Assembly: GCA_963807055.1 (NCBI GenBank)
Contig: CAWEAE010000005.1
Location: 101,311-165,310 of the forward strand
DNA: 64,000 bases
Source: Terriglobia bacterium
GTDB taxonomy: Bacteria; Acidobacteriota; Terriglobia; Terriglobales; Acidobacteriaceae
Direction of reading: 5' to 3'
Shown: in pieces, positions 17,075 to 27,441 of the stretch
Position numbering within the stretch: the first letter of the stretch is position 1
Layout of the letters: every line of letters begins with the position of its first letter
Notes under the pieces: model-generated
Seen by the model: the letters and a program-made list of their open reading frames with translations, nothing else
Databases searched by the model: none
What the model was told of the DNA's origin: nothing
Program-made: the position numbers and the translations under genes

Positions 17075-17108
17075 AATAAAAAGACCCGCTCGCAAGCGGG
17101 TCTTTTCG
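17075..17108. terminator. bidirectional rho-independent terminator between convergent genes
   Basis: AAATAAAAAGACCCGCT-CGCA-AGCGGGTCTTTTC: a perfect 10-bp stem at 17081-17090 / 17095-17104, with an A-run on one side and a T-run on the other. Confidence 0.75.
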
Positions 17109-17124
17109 TCACGTGCTTCCAGTT

Positions 17125-18504
17125 TTAGTCTTCGAAGCTTCGCGCCCCCGTGAAACCATTCTTCACTTGCTTCCACATCCACTTGATAGCGCGAGCGTCG
17201 TTGTAGCAATACGCGAGATTGTGATTCAACGTTGAGAAGCAGTGCTTCTGGCAGGTCTTCTTCATCTCTCCCAACTGCTCCTGCTCGAACTTTGTTTGAT
17301 CGATATTCCCCCAATCGAAGTTCGAGGCATACATCGGGAAGCATGGACCGACCGTTCCATCTGTCCGAATGATGACATTATTCTGGCCGGCCCGGCACGA
17401 CCACTCGGCAAAGCTCAGTTCACCATCGGCACTACGTTCAATTCCCGGCATCCCGGCGATCAGAGACTTCACTTCCCCATTGCCGCTTGTTCCATCGCCA
17501 TACCAGCCTACTTTCCGCAGGTCGAGACCAGATGACATGCGAATAAACGCCTTCATCTCCTGCAAACGTGGAACCGAGTTCACCATCTGATATCCCAATT
17601 TGTTTTTCGCGATGATCCAATCGATCGTCTCATCTACATCGCGCCAGTCTTCCGGCCGGATGTACGTGGGATTTTCAGAGAGATGCTTGAAGTGCTCATC
17701 TTGCTCCAGCATCGGCGTCTCGTTGATGTGGTAATCCGTGGCAATGTGATGATCGTGAGCGTAATCCGTCAAACGCTTCACGTCCTCCAGATTGTTGCGG
17801 CAAATATTGATATTGAAAAACGTCAAGTACCCATAGACGTACTGCTTTTTTAGGACGTACTCCAGATTCTTCTCCGCCGGAACGAACGCCTTTGGGAGAC
17901 TGGGTTTGAGATCCCACGAATCCAGCGCAAAGTTAATGCAGGCCACTCCGGCATCGCCGAGACGATCCGTAACTTCTGGACGCAGTAACCGTCCGTTGGT
18001 CGCGATGTAAACCCAGAAACCCTTCTTGGCTGCATAATCCACTACCTTGTGCGCAAACTGCGGACGCAGCAGCGGTTCGCCTCCCATCAACGCGAGGACT
18101 CGGCAACCGTGATCGTGAAGCCAGTCAATAGATCGCCGCGCAACATCTTCCGTCATTCCCTTCACTTGATTATTGAACGACCAGCAGTACCAGCAGTCGA
18201 GATTGCATTTGTACTCGATAAACAGATAGGCGGTAATGGGATGAAAATCTCCCGGGTACACTCGCGAACGAACGTACGGGAAAAGCCAGCCGCGAATTTT
18301 GCGATAGAGCTCTGGTGCGGTCCAGCTTCGTCTTTCGGGTGGCACTGCAGGACCCGGGGCATTCAGCAATTCAGGGTGCTTCGGAAATTTGGGTTCGGGG
18401 AGAGTGAGACCCATTGCTCGAGCCGGTGCAGGGCCCTTTTGGTTCGAATTGTTCAGGATATTGTGAATATCCACGTCGATGCGGAACTTCGCAGGGGAGG
18501 CCAT
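17125..18504 (-). CDS. radical SAM enzyme with a ~100-aa N-terminal extension and a SPASM/twitch-like Cys-rich C-terminus
   Basis: FIEYKCNLDCWYCW (CxxxCxxC) then GGEPLL. The C-terminus reads CRAGQNNVIIRTDGTVGPC...CQKHCFSTLNHNLAYC. The ATG at 18504 (MASPAKF) has GGAGA 9 nt upstream. Confidence 0.85.
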   Translation of the reverse strand: MASPAKFRIDVDIHNILNNSNQKGPAPARAMGLTLPEPKFPKHPELLNAPGPAVPPERRSWTAPELYRKIRGWLFPYVRSRVYPGDFHPITAYLFIEYKCNLDCWYCWSFNNQVKGMTEDVARRSIDWLHDHGCRVLALMGGEPLLRPQFAHKVVDYAAKKGFWVYIATNGRLLRPEVTDRLGDAGVACINFALDSWDLKPSLPKAFVPAEKNLEYVLKKQYVYGYLTFFNINICRNNLEDVKRLTDYAHDHHIATDYHINETPMLEQDEHFKHLSENPTYIRPEDWRDVDETIDWIIAKNKLGYQMVNSVPRLQEMKAFIRMSSGLDLRKVGWYGDGTSGNGEVKSLIAGMPGIERSADGELSFAEWSCRAGQNNVIIRTDGTVGPCFPMYASNFDWGNIDQTKFEQEQLGEMKKTCQKHCFSTLNHNLAYCYNDARAIKWMWKQVKNGFTGARSFED

Positions 18505-18796
18505 CGTGCATATTCTCCAAAGGAAGAACCGGCGCACAGCCGGAAAAATTAAAGGTTGCGGGAGAACCGTAAATCAAACACAGCCCCGAGGTACTTTGCT
18601 AGGACGTTAGATATCTCGCCTGTGTATTGTATGCAAGACTTCTACGCAATGTTGCACTTCCAGCCGCTGTTTGCGCATATCGTCGCGAGGCGTGCTCGTG
18701 TATCACCCCGTAAACTCAAGCAGGCAGGGACATTGCGTTCTGTTGGTGAAGACTTTTTATTGCAGAGCAGCTACTGCAGCTTGCGGGTTCTGGAGT

Positions 18797-19495
18797 TCAC
18801 AATTGTGCCGCGCTGCGATGCAGCAGCTTCTGTTCGACAAGCTTGGCGACCGAGTCGAGTACCTCGTCCAGAGTCATGTGGCTGGAATCGAGAATGACTG
18901 CGTCGAAGGCGGCCACGAGCGGCGAGGCTGCGCGTCCGGCATCCCGCCGATCACGCTGTCGCATCTCCTCTGCGATATTTCTTGATTGGTCGGAGTCCGC
19001 GTCAAGCGAGTGCTGCCGGACGCGCCGTTCGGCGCGCACGTTCTCAGTCGCATCAAGAAAAATTTTCACGTCGGCATCGGGAAATACTTTTGTTCCGATA
19101 TCCCGGCCTTCCATCACCACCCCGCCCGATTTCCCCATCTCACGCTGGCGGGCCACCATCCATTCGCGCACTGCTGGATGTACTGAAACCTGCGAAGCAG
19201 CCGAAGTCACATCGGCCTCGCGAATTCGTTCGGACACATCACACCCGTCCAGCAGCACGCGATTGCCGTTTGGCGTCGGAATGAGCGAAATGTTGGAGCG
19301 ACTCGCAAGTTCGGCGAGCTCTTGCTCACTGTCGAGCGGAATACGTGACTCCAGCGCGCTCAATCCAAGCGCACGATACATCGCCCCTGTTTCCAGATTC
19401 ACATAGCCTAGCTTGCGCGCGAGGTGGGAAGCGATCGTGCTCTTCCCGGCTCCAGCCGGGCCGTCAATCGCGATAATCAGTCTGCGTTCCGTCAT
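18797..19495 (-). CDS. cmk: cytidylate kinase
   Basis: MTERRLIIAIDGPAGAGKSTIASHLARKLGYVNLETGAMYRALG... The longer ORF-track start (19654) would overlap the upstream gene. Confidence 0.92.
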   Translation of the reverse strand: MTERRLIIAIDGPAGAGKSTIASHLARKLGYVNLETGAMYRALGLSALESRIPLDSEQELAELASRSNISLIPTPNGNRVLLDGCDVSERIREADVTSAASQVSVHPAVREWMVARQREMGKSGGVVMEGRDIGTKVFPDADVKIFLDATENVRAERRVRQHSLDADSDQSRNIAEEMRQRDRRDAGRAASPLVAAFDAVILDSSHMTLDEVLDSVAKLVEQKLLHRSAAQL

Positions 19496-19499
19496 GCTT

Positions 19500-20429
19500 C
19501 TATTTGGGCCCCGGACGTGCCGTCCTCGGCCGACGGGCAATCGGTTGATTTCGTTTGAGTAACTGCTCCTCCACCGGCGTATTCCGCACCACAGCCGTAT
19601 TTCCCGCAATCTGTAACATCGCCTTGCCGCCAACGTGAAGATAGCTGAACTCACGCGCGGACAGAAGCGCTCTCACGGCCTCGTTGACTTTCGAACGCGC
19701 CACGAGCATCGCGAAGAAATCCTCCACCTCTGATTGTTCGGCAGCAATCACCGAATCGACGTACTTCGAAATCAGCGCGGAGAGCGCTTGCATAGAACTC
19801 AGCTGAATTCCTTCGCGCACTGCATCGGCCGCCCAGCGAAAGAGTACATCCCAGTACGCTCCTTCATTGGGAACGTAATCTACGCGCGTGATGCGCAGAC
19901 GCGACCACAGTTCGCCCAGAGCTCGATCGAAGGCCGCATCAGAAATCGAACCGCCCAGAACGTAACCCAGCTTCTCTTTTGAAATCGGACCTTTACTCTT
20001 GATCGCTTCAAAGGAATCGCGCGCGAGTTGCGAAAAATTCGGTTGTGTCCCGGTCTTCGGCATCTGTCGCGGATTGCGGTCGCCCACAAGAGCGTAGAAA
20101 TAGGGGAACGCCGAAGCCGAAACCAGGAAGTTGGCGTCGCCGAAAAGGTTCGCTTCGTAAGCAGCACGTTCACGCAGCAGCCGGACCATCAGGTCCGTTG
20201 CTTCTTTGGCTCGCGGATCGGCATACGCATGACGAGCTGTGGGAATGCCCTCATCGGTTCCAGCGAAGGCTCCCATGAAGCTGGGCAGCAACACAGGCTG
20301 CTCCGGTGGATATAAAGTGCAGAATCCCACTGCATCCAGGAATTCGCGCGCGGATTCAATCGTCCGCACGGCTGAGCCGTCGAGATGCCATTTGTGCCGC
20401 CGAGCCTCTTGGAGTTCCACTAATTCCAT
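19500..20429 (-). CDS. conserved hypothetical protein translationally coupled to mutL (possibly a winged-helix, YcaQ/AlkZ-like fold; not verified)
   Basis: The ATG at 20429 shares a base with the mutL stop codon (TAATG). 309 aa, with no motif I can assign confidently. Confidence 0.65.
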   Translation of the reverse strand: MELVELQEARRHKWHLDGSAVRTIESAREFLDAVGFCTLYPPEQPVLLPSFMGAFAGTDEGIPTARHAYADPRAKEATDLMVRLLRERAAYEANLFGDANFLVSASAFPYFYALVGDRNPRQMPKTGTQPNFSQLARDSFEAIKSKGPISKEKLGYVLGGSISDAAFDRALGELWSRLRITRVDYVPNEGAYWDVLFRWAADAVREGIQLSSMQALSALISKYVDSVIAAEQSEVEDFFAMLVARSKVNEAVRALLSAREFSYLHVGGKAMLQIAGNTAVVRNTPVEEQLLKRNQPIARRPRTARPGPK

Positions 20430-22411
20430 TAGATCCGTTTGAATGCCTTCTGAATGTCTTTCAAAGAATACCGTAACACCACGGGCCGCCCATGAGGGCA
20501 ACTCATCGGACAATCCGTTTTCGACAGCTCTTTCAGCAGCCACTCCATCTTATTCTGTTCGAGCGGCGTGTTCACTTTGATTGCCGCATGGCACGCGATG
20601 GAAGCGGCAATCCGGCCGCGAATCACTTCCATGTTCAGCGACTGCTCCTCGCGGTCAAACTGATCGAGCAACTCGTGAATCATGTGCTCAATCTGCGCAG
20701 CTTCCACTCCCGCCGGCGCTGTCTTGATCGCGATGGTGCGGGAACCGAAAGGCTCAACCTCAAAGCCGTTCCGCTGCAATTCTTCCGAGATCTCGACGAA
20801 CACAGCCTGGTGGCTGGGCGTGAGCTCGACGATAAGCGGCATCAGCAGACGTTGCGACTCTACCTTCTCTGCCGCGCGCTGACGCAAAACCTTTTCGAAG
20901 AGAACGCGTTCGTGCGCCACGTGCTGATCGATAATCCATAGGCCATCGTGGTTCACGGCCAGAATGAATGACTCACGGATTTGCCCAAGCGGCTTCAGTG
21001 TGGCCAGCAACGGCATGTCGTCAGGTGCTGCTTCTTCTTCGATCGGAGCTGCGCAGTTGTCTTCTACGACGTGGCCGCCGAAGGCTTGAGGACCGAAACG
21101 TGCGACCGGAACCGCCGCGTTCGCCTCCACACTGAATCCGTCCTGGAAGCCGAGTGACTGCGTCATCGGCGGCAAGCCCTGCGCTTGAAGCGCAAAGGCC
21201 TGATCGGCATCCGCCCGGAATTCCCCAACGGCTACGGCTTCGACCGGCTGCTCTGGACCGAACGCCGCACCCGGAGTTAGCCCCTGCGAAGCCGTCGGAT
21301 TCGCGCGAATCTCCGTCGTGAACTGCGGGATCGGACGCGCCTTCATCAGAGCGGCACGAACCGAGTCGCGCACGAAATCGTGCATGAAACTCTGCTGGCG
21401 AAAACGGACCTCGGTTTTCGACGGATGAACGTTCACATCCACCTCCGCCGTGGGCATTTCGAGAAACAGGAGCACGACCGGGAAAACCGTCGGCGGCATG
21501 ATGTTGCGATACGCCTCGGTGATCGCGTGCTGTACCAGGCGATCGCGAATCAGGCGGCCATTCACAAAAATGAAAATCGAGTTGCGATTCAGCTTCTGCA
21601 CTTCAGGCTTCGAGACGAATCCGTGCAGTCGGAGCTCTCCCGGATCCACCGGCCCAGGCTCTTCCTCTGTGTCCTGGTACTTGCGCGCCCATGGAGGCGG
21701 CTGCGGAAGGCCCACGTGCTGCAAAGGCATTTGCGCCGCAATCGGCAGCAGTGAATCGAGCGTGTCTTTTCCGATGATCTGATAGATGCGCTCCGAGTAG
21801 CTCGCCACCGGCGGAGCGATGATCAGTGCATTGACCGCCGAATGCAGCTCGAAGTGCATCTCCGGATGCGCCAGCGCGTAGTGCGTGACCAGCGAAGCAA
21901 TATGCGAAAGCTCTGTCGACTCAGCTTTCAAAAACTTGCGGCGAGCGGGGACATTGAAGAAGAGATCGCGCACGGTGATCGAAGTCCCGAATGGCAGCCC
22001 CGCTTCTTCCACCCGCAGGATCTTGCCACCCGCAATCTCAACTACGATTCCGCTGGCTTCTTCGGGAGCGTGCGTCTCCAGCCGCAAGCGCGAGACCGAC
22101 GCAATCGCAGGCAGTGCCTCGCCGCGAAATCCCAGCGTGCCGACCGTCAGCAAATCTTCGGCGCTGCGAATCTTCGAAGTCGCATGCCGCTCAAAAGCCA
22201 ACAGCGCATCGTCACCCAGCATGCCGCAGCCATCGTCGATGATCTGGATCAGCTTGCGCCCGCCACCCTCCACGTTGATGCGAATGCGAGTGGAACCGGC
22301 GTCCAGTGAGTTCTCAAGCAGCTCCTTTACCACCGACGCAGGACGCTCCACCACCTCGCCAGCGGCGATCTTATTGGCTACATTTTCGGAAAGAACGTGG
22401 ATGCGGCCCAT
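20429..22411 (-). CDS. mutL: DNA mismatch repair protein MutL
   Basis: IHVLSENVANKIAAGEVVERPASVVKELLENSLDAG (GHKL ATPase N-terminus), GTLGFRGEALPAIASVS, and a C-terminal dimerisation domain. Confidence 0.93.
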   Translation of the reverse strand: MGRIHVLSENVANKIAAGEVVERPASVVKELLENSLDAGSTRIRINVEGGGRKLIQIIDDGCGMLGDDALLAFERHATSKIRSAEDLLTVGTLGFRGEALPAIASVSRLRLETHAPEEASGIVVEIAGGKILRVEEAGLPFGTSITVRDLFFNVPARRKFLKAESTELSHIASLVTHYALAHPEMHFELHSAVNALIIAPPVASYSERIYQIIGKDTLDSLLPIAAQMPLQHVGLPQPPPWARKYQDTEEEPGPVDPGELRLHGFVSKPEVQKLNRNSIFIFVNGRLIRDRLVQHAITEAYRNIMPPTVFPVVLLFLEMPTAEVDVNVHPSKTEVRFRQQSFMHDFVRDSVRAALMKARPIPQFTTEIRANPTASQGLTPGAAFGPEQPVEAVAVGEFRADADQAFALQAQGLPPMTQSLGFQDGFSVEANAAVPVARFGPQAFGGHVVEDNCAAPIEEEAAPDDMPLLATLKPLGQIRESFILAVNHDGLWIIDQHVAHERVLFEKVLRQRAAEKVESQRLLMPLIVELTPSHQAVFVEISEELQRNGFEVEPFGSRTIAIKTAPAGVEAAQIEHMIHELLDQFDREEQSLNMEVIRGRIAASIACHAAIKVNTPLEQNKMEWLLKELSKTDCPMSCPHGRPVVLRYSLKDIQKAFKRI

Positions 22412-22454
22412 GTGAGTTCATTCTAGCGGAACGGAACAGCGCGGACGAATCGCA

Positions 22455-23108
22455 CTATGCTTCAGTCGCTGCGTCCTGACGGTACCGCGGTTGGGGACTG
22501 GGGAAGAAGAACACCAGCACCAGCAACATATCGATCGCGAGCGCTGCCCGCACGCTCCACAGGGCCGCAAATACCGAGACAATATAGACCATCAAGGCGG
22601 CGCTATAGCGCCTCGTAATTGCATCGATGAACTCAGGATCGAGCCGCGAATCGATCAGGCGATGACCGCCACTTGCGTATCGCCAGATCGCGTTGAAGAA
22701 GACCGCACACGCCAGGATCGTTCCCTGATATACAAAAACAGCTGTGCGTTGCGCTCCCGGATTCTGCAGGTAAGCGGAAACCAGCGCAGTGGGGAAGGGC
22801 AGCGATCCGATGCAAAGGAGAAACCCTAGATTCAGCAAGAGAAGCCAGTGATCACAGCGCTGGATCAGGTTGAACATGTAATGGTGGTTGGCCCAGTAGA
22901 TCCCGATCACCAGAAAACTCGCCGCGTAGCCCAGAATCTGCGGCCACCGACGAAGCAAGCCGATGGTCAGCGTCTGCCCGGACGCGAGCACCGGAACTTT
23001 GATGTCGAGCACTAGTAGCGTGATCGCAATAGCAAGCACGCCATCGCTGAAGGCTTCGACGCGTGCCGTTTCCGATCCCGCCTTGAGTGTTGGCCGCGGC
23101 TGGCTCAT
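22455..23108 (-). CDS. TMEM175-family (DUF1211) potassium-channel-like membrane protein
   Basis: RVEAFSDGVLAIAITLLVLD signature followed by 5-6 TM helices. Confidence 0.85.
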   Translation of the reverse strand: MSQPRPTLKAGSETARVEAFSDGVLAIAITLLVLDIKVPVLASGQTLTIGLLRRWPQILGYAASFLVIGIYWANHHYMFNLIQRCDHWLLLLNLGFLLCIGSLPFPTALVSAYLQNPGAQRTAVFVYQGTILACAVFFNAIWRYASGGHRLIDSRLDPEFIDAITRRYSAALMVYIVSVFAALWSVRAALAIDMLLVLVFFFPSPQPRYRQDAATEA

Positions 23109-23153
23109 ACGCGAGCCACAGGTTACCAGATCGCAGCGAAGATTGACCCACCC

Positions 23154-24989
23154 TTACAGCTTTCGGATCGCGATGTTCAGCTCTTTCAGCTGTCGCTCAT
23201 CTACTTCGGTCGGCGCATCGGTCATTAAATCCTTCGCCTGTGCCGTCTTCGGGAACGGGATCACTTCGCGCAGGCTGTCCGCTCCCGCGAGGATCATAAC
23301 GATGCGATCGAGTCCCAGCGCGATTCCACCATGCGGAGGAGTGCCGTATTCCAGCGCATCGAGGAAGAACCCAAAACGGTTGCGCGCCTCTTCTTCCGTC
23401 ATACCGAGTGCGTGGAAGATCTTCTGCTGAATATCCTGACGATGAATACGAATCGATCCCGAGCCCAATTCCGTGCCGTTCAGCACCACGTCGTAGGCCA
23501 GCGCTCGTACCATCGCCGGATCGGACTCGAGCTTGTCCATGTCGTCGTCGTGCGGAGACGTGAATGGATGGTGCGCCGCATTCCAGCGCTTCTCGGTCTC
23601 GTCCCACTCGAACATCGGGAAATCCGTCACCCACAGGAAACGATACGAGTTCGCTGCCTTGCGATCACCCGCAAACGCCTGATGCTTTTCCGCGTACTTC
23701 TTTGCCAAATCCATGCGCAGGGTGCCGGCCGCCATGTAGACGCGGCTCTCCGAAGGCGTGACCGTGGTTCCGCGGCGCGCATTGTCCTTGGCGATCTCCG
23801 CTTCTGTACGTTGCGGTCCCGCCACCAGTACAACTAGATCGTCGGCCTCAGCTTTCGTCGCTGCGCGAATTTTTGCAATTGCATCGGGCCAGGTCTTCTC
23901 CAGCCGCTTGATGTCTTCGAAGACCTTTGCGCCCGGACGCTCGCCGAAGAGTACCTTGATGTCATCGCGCTCCTTGCGCGAGAGCTCGCCAACCTTCGGC
24001 GTACGAATCGCCACAACCGGCAGCTTGGTATCGAGTTTCAGCGTTTCGAGCGCATCGGCTGGAAACATTTCGCGGACTTCGACCATTGCAGGCAAGCGGA
24101 GATCGGGCTTGTCCGATCCGTACAGCCGGATCGCCTGGTCGTATGTCATTCGCGGGAAAGCTGCCTGCAGATTCACTCCGGAAACTTTGAATGCCGCTTG
24201 CAGGAAACCCTCTACCACATTGAAGACGGTCTCCTGCTGCGGGAAGCTCATCTCCAAATCGATCTGCGTAAACTCCGGCTGCCGATCGGCGCGCAAGTCT
24301 TCATCGCGGAAGCAGCGCACGATCTGGAAGTACTTGTCGAACCCGGAGATCATCAGGATCTGCTTGAACAGCTGCGGTGATTGCGGCAGTGCATAGAAAC
24401 AGCCCCGGTTCACGCGGCTCGGGACCAGGTAATCGCGTGCACCCTCAGGCGTCGAACGCGTCATGAAGGGGGTTTCTATTTCAAAGAAGCCTTGCCCGGC
24501 CAGGTACTGTCGCACCGCGAGTGCGATGTTGTGCCGCATCTCGATATTGGCCTGCATCTTTTCGCGGCGCAGATCGATGTAGCGGTATTTCAGCCGCATC
24601 TCTTCGTACGGAAGCGTGGTGTCGCTCGGCAGAAATGGCGGATTCTTCGACTCGTTCAGGACCTTCAGCTCTTCGGCGACGAGTTCCACCTCGCCGGTCG
24701 CCACATTGGGATTGACGGTGTCAGGGGTGCGCTTGCGAACCGTGCCGGTAATCGCCACTACATATTCATTGCGCAGCTGCTCGGCTTTCTGGTGCAGTTC
24801 ACTGCCGGCCGAAGCATCGAACACCGCCTGCGTAATGCCGCTGCGGTCGCGGACATCAATAAAAATGATGTTGCCCAGATCGCGGCGCTTGTTCACCCAT
24901 CCCATGATCGTGGCGCGCTTACCGGCGTCAGATAGCCGCAGCGAGCCACACATATGAGTACGTCGAAGGTCTCCTAAAAAGTCGAGCAA
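23154..24989 (-). CDS. aspS: aspartate--tRNA ligase
   Basis: OB-fold N-terminus ([22 protein letters not shown]) and class II motifs ([27 protein letters not shown]). Confidence 0.95.
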   Translation of the reverse strand: MLDFLGDLRRTHMCGSLRLSDAGKRATIMGWVNKRRDLGNIIFIDVRDRSGITQAVFDASAGSELHQKAEQLRNEYVVAITGTVRKRTPDTVNPNVATGEVELVAEELKVLNESKNPPFLPSDTTLPYEEMRLKYRYIDLRREKMQANIEMRHNIALAVRQYLAGQGFFEIETPFMTRSTPEGARDYLVPSRVNRGCFYALPQSPQLFKQILMISGFDKYFQIVRCFRDEDLRADRQPEFTQIDLEMSFPQQETVFNVVEGFLQAAFKVSGVNLQAAFPRMTYDQAIRLYGSDKPDLRLPAMVEVREMFPADALETLKLDTKLPVVAIRTPKVGELSRKERDDIKVLFGERPGAKVFEDIKRLEKTWPDAIAKIRAATKAEADDLVVLVAGPQRTEAEIAKDNARRGTTVTPSESRVYMAAGTLRMDLAKKYAEKHQAFAGDRKAANSYRFLWVTDFPMFEWDETEKRWNAAHHPFTSPHDDDMDKLESDPAMVRALAYDVVLNGTELGSGSIRIHRQDIQQKIFHALGMTEEEARNRFGFFLDALEYGTPPHGGIALGLDRIVMILAGADSLREVIPFPKTAQAKDLMTDAPTEVDERQLKELNIAIRKL

Positions 24990-25019
24990 TTGCTTGTCCT
25001 TTGGTGGGTTCTAAAACTT

Positions 25020-25466
25020 CTATTCGTCAAATGGAGTTTGCTGCAGCAATCTCAATTGCCACTGGCCATTCTGCTGCGTCCAAACTGAGGTCGCATAAAA
25101 ATGTCCGGGCACGTTCTCGCTGCCGTATTTCATGCTCGCAGCCAGTTGATACGTGATCGCATACGAGTTCGGGCTCAGCTGTACATACTTCCAACTCCAC
25201 AGCGCGGGCGTCGACATCTCCAACTGCGGAAGGCTCTCCAGCAATTCTTTTTTGTCGACCGGACCGCCCATGGTCACGATGGTGAAATCGTCTGCCACCA
25301 GCTTGTTGATCGCAGCCGCATCGTGCGCTTTCGTCGCCGACCAATACTGTTTCTCGCGTGCGATTACATCGGGATCAACCCCGGTGTTAGCAACATTCTG
25401 CGCAAACGCAGCCGAGGTAATAAGGAAGAAGACCGCAATCAGAGCTGATTTGGTTGACATTGGCAC
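25020..25466 (-). CDS. exported NTF2-like (SnoaL/DUF4440) protein
   Basis: Signal peptide (ALIAVFFLITSAAFA). The size (148 aa) and the W/Y pattern are typical of DUF4440-like folds. Confidence 0.65.
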   Translation of the reverse strand: MPMSTKSALIAVFFLITSAAFAQNVANTGVDPDVIAREKQYWSATKAHDAAAINKLVADDFTIVTMGGPVDKKELLESLPQLEMSTPALWSWKYVQLSPNSYAITYQLAASMKYGSENVPGHFYATSVWTQQNGQWQLRLLQQTPFDE

Positions 25467-25492
25467 TCTCCTGAAAATGGTGCGGACGGCTT

Positions 25493-26770
25493 CTATGACT
25501 GAATTCGTGATGCCAGTTCCGCGCGCGGAACCGTTTCCTGCTGCCCTGTCGCCAGGTTCTTCACCGCAAACTCATTCGACTTTGCTTCGTTCTCACCCAG
25601 AATAATCGCGTACCGCGCGCCGACCTTGCTAGCCGTTTCCAGCGACTTCTTCAGCCGAAAACTCTCGTCACCCACTTCGATCATCGCTTTCTGTCGCCGC
25701 AACTCGCGCGCTAACTTCACAGCCTCGGCGTTCATGCCGGCACCGAGCGGCGCGATGTACGCGTCCGGCTTGGGCGCGACAGCTTCAGCGGACTCCTGTA
25801 GCGACAGTACCAAGCGATCCTCGCCAATCGCAAATCCAATCCCCGGCGCTTTGGGACCGCCAATCGCCTCAGACAGCCCATCGTATCGCCCACCGCCGAG
25901 AATCGCATTTTGCGCACCCAGCGCACCATGGGTAAACTCGAACGCCGTGCGAGTGTAGTAGTCGAGTCCACGCACCAGACGATCGTTCAGCACATACGGC
26001 ACGCCCGCCGCTGTCAGTATGTTCAGCACTTGCTGAAAGTGTTCGCGGCAGCTTTCGTTCAGATAATCTTTCATCCGCGGCAGCTTCTCGATAATCGGCT
26101 GATCCTCGGGAACTTTGCAGTCGAGCACGCGCAGTGGATTCGTCTCCGCACGCCGCTGGCAATCGACACACATCTCTCCGACGACCGGCTTCAACGCCTC
26201 GCGGAGCGCGTCGAGATAAACTGGCCGGTCTTCCGCGCAACCGACAGAGTTCAACTGCAGCGTCCATCCCTGGATTCCCAAGCGATCGAGCAGCGTCGCC
26301 AGCATCTCCAGCACTTCTGCATCGCGCGCTGGAGACTCGCTACCCGCCGTCGTCGGGCCGATCGCTTCCGCGCCGATCTGATAAAACTGCCGGTAGCGTC
26401 CCTTCTGTGGACGCTCGCGACGAAACTGCGGTCCTATATAGAAGAGCTTCTGCACGCCCGGACGTTCCCACATCTTGTGCTCGATGTAAGCGCGAACCAC
26501 GCCAGCCGTGTTCTCCGGTCGCAAGGTCAGCGATTGGCCCTTCTCGGACTCGGCCCGGCTGCGATCTTCAAACGTGTACATCTCTTTCGACACAATGTCG
26601 GTATCCTCGCCCACGCCGCGCGCGAACAATTCCGTCGCCTCGAAAATCGGCGTTCGAATCTCCTGGAAGTTGTATTCGCGGAACACTTCGCGCGCTGTTG
26701 TCTCGACAAAGTTCCACAGCGCCGTGTCGGGCGGCAACAGGTCGCGCGTTCCTCGGATAGCTTTAATCAC
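25493..26770 (-). CDS. hisS: histidine--tRNA ligase
   Basis: IKAIRGTRDLLP, FRRERPQKGRYRQFYQ, GGGRYDGL. Confidence 0.95.
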   Translation of the reverse strand: MIKAIRGTRDLLPPDTALWNFVETTAREVFREYNFQEIRTPIFEATELFARGVGEDTDIVSKEMYTFEDRSRAESEKGQSLTLRPENTAGVVRAYIEHKMWERPGVQKLFYIGPQFRRERPQKGRYRQFYQIGAEAIGPTTAGSESPARDAEVLEMLATLLDRLGIQGWTLQLNSVGCAEDRPVYLDALREALKPVVGEMCVDCQRRAETNPLRVLDCKVPEDQPIIEKLPRMKDYLNESCREHFQQVLNILTAAGVPYVLNDRLVRGLDYYTRTAFEFTHGALGAQNAILGGGRYDGLSEAIGGPKAPGIGFAIGEDRLVLSLQESAEAVAPKPDAYIAPLGAGMNAEAVKLARELRRQKAMIEVGDESFRLKKSLETASKVGARYAIILGENEAKSNEFAVKNLATGQQETVPRAELASRIQS

Positions 26771-26821
26771 GTTTCAAGTTTCCCGCTTCGCGTTTCACGC
26801 GAAAGCCGTCAATCTTCAATC

Positions 26822-27340
26822 TCACTTCTTCAATTCCGCGAGGTATTGCTCTTTGTAGCCCAAATAATTCCGCGCATATTTCAGGATCGATTCCTGATCC
26901 TCTTCCGTCAGCTTGCGGCGAACTTTCCCCGGACTGCCTATCACCAGCGATCCCGGCTCGATCACCACGCCTTCGGGGATCAGTGTTCCCGCTGCAACAA
27001 TCGATCCCGCTCCCACGCGAGCTCCATTCAGGATGATCGAGCCCATCCCAATCAGGCAGCGGTCTTCAACCACACAGCCGTGCAAAGTCACCGAATGTCC
27101 CACGGTGACCCAGTCGCCTACGACCACAGGCCACTGGTTCAACATGCCGTGCATCACCGAGCAGTCCTGGATGTTCGAGTTCGCGCCGATCCTTATATAG
27201 TGCACATCGCCGCGGACTACCGAGTTCATCCAGATGCTGGCGTTCTCGCCAAGTTCCACGTCCCCAATCACCTGCGCCGACGCATCGACGTAGCACGTGG
27301 CAGGGATCTTGGGACTGATGCCTTTGTACGATCGAATCAT
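26822..27340 (-). CDS. gamma-class carbonic anhydrase family / hexapeptide-repeat protein
   Basis: From the ATG at 27340 the protein reads MIRSYKGISPKIPATCYVDASAQVIGDVELGENASIWMNSVVRGD...HGC.V.. The left-handed beta-helix repeats are evident. Confidence 0.85.
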   Translation of the reverse strand: MIRSYKGISPKIPATCYVDASAQVIGDVELGENASIWMNSVVRGDVHYIRIGANSNIQDCSVMHGMLNQWPVVVGDWVTVGHSVTLHGCVVEDRCLIGMGSIILNGARVGAGSIVAAGTLIPEGVVIEPGSLVIGSPGKVRRKLTEEDQESILKYARNYLGYKEQYLAELKK

Positions 27341-27441
27341 GACAATGCCGAGGCAGGCCGCTCCGCGCGGTTCCGCACATATTCTGGAAAACATTGAACA
27401 TAACATGCGCTGGCGGAAGAACAAAATAAGCCGACGCAGAA

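Noticed and set aside
17125-18504. The idea that the radical SAM/SPASM-like enzyme is the anaerobic maturase (anSME) for the arylsulfatase at 8150..10642.
   Set aside because: The genes are about 7 kb apart with unrelated operons between them. anSMEs have the CxxxCxxC motif close to the N-terminus and a canonical SPASM Cys pattern, whereas this protein has a ~100-aa extension and a different Cys spacing.
18607-18678. 23-codon minus-strand ORF (MRKQRLEVQHCVEVLHTIHRRDI) upstream of the radical SAM gene, considered as a possible precursor peptide.
   Set aside because: It has no Shine-Dalgarno sequence, only one Cys, no leader or core features, and lies about 100 nt from the enzyme start. Without conservation data this is indistinguishable from chance.
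25910-27397. 495-aa plus-strand ORF, one of the longest in the track.
   Set aside because: It lies antisense to hisS and the gamma-carbonic-anhydrase-like gene. It is extremely Arg/His/Leu-rich with no motifs. This is a typical shadow ORF of a high-GC genome.
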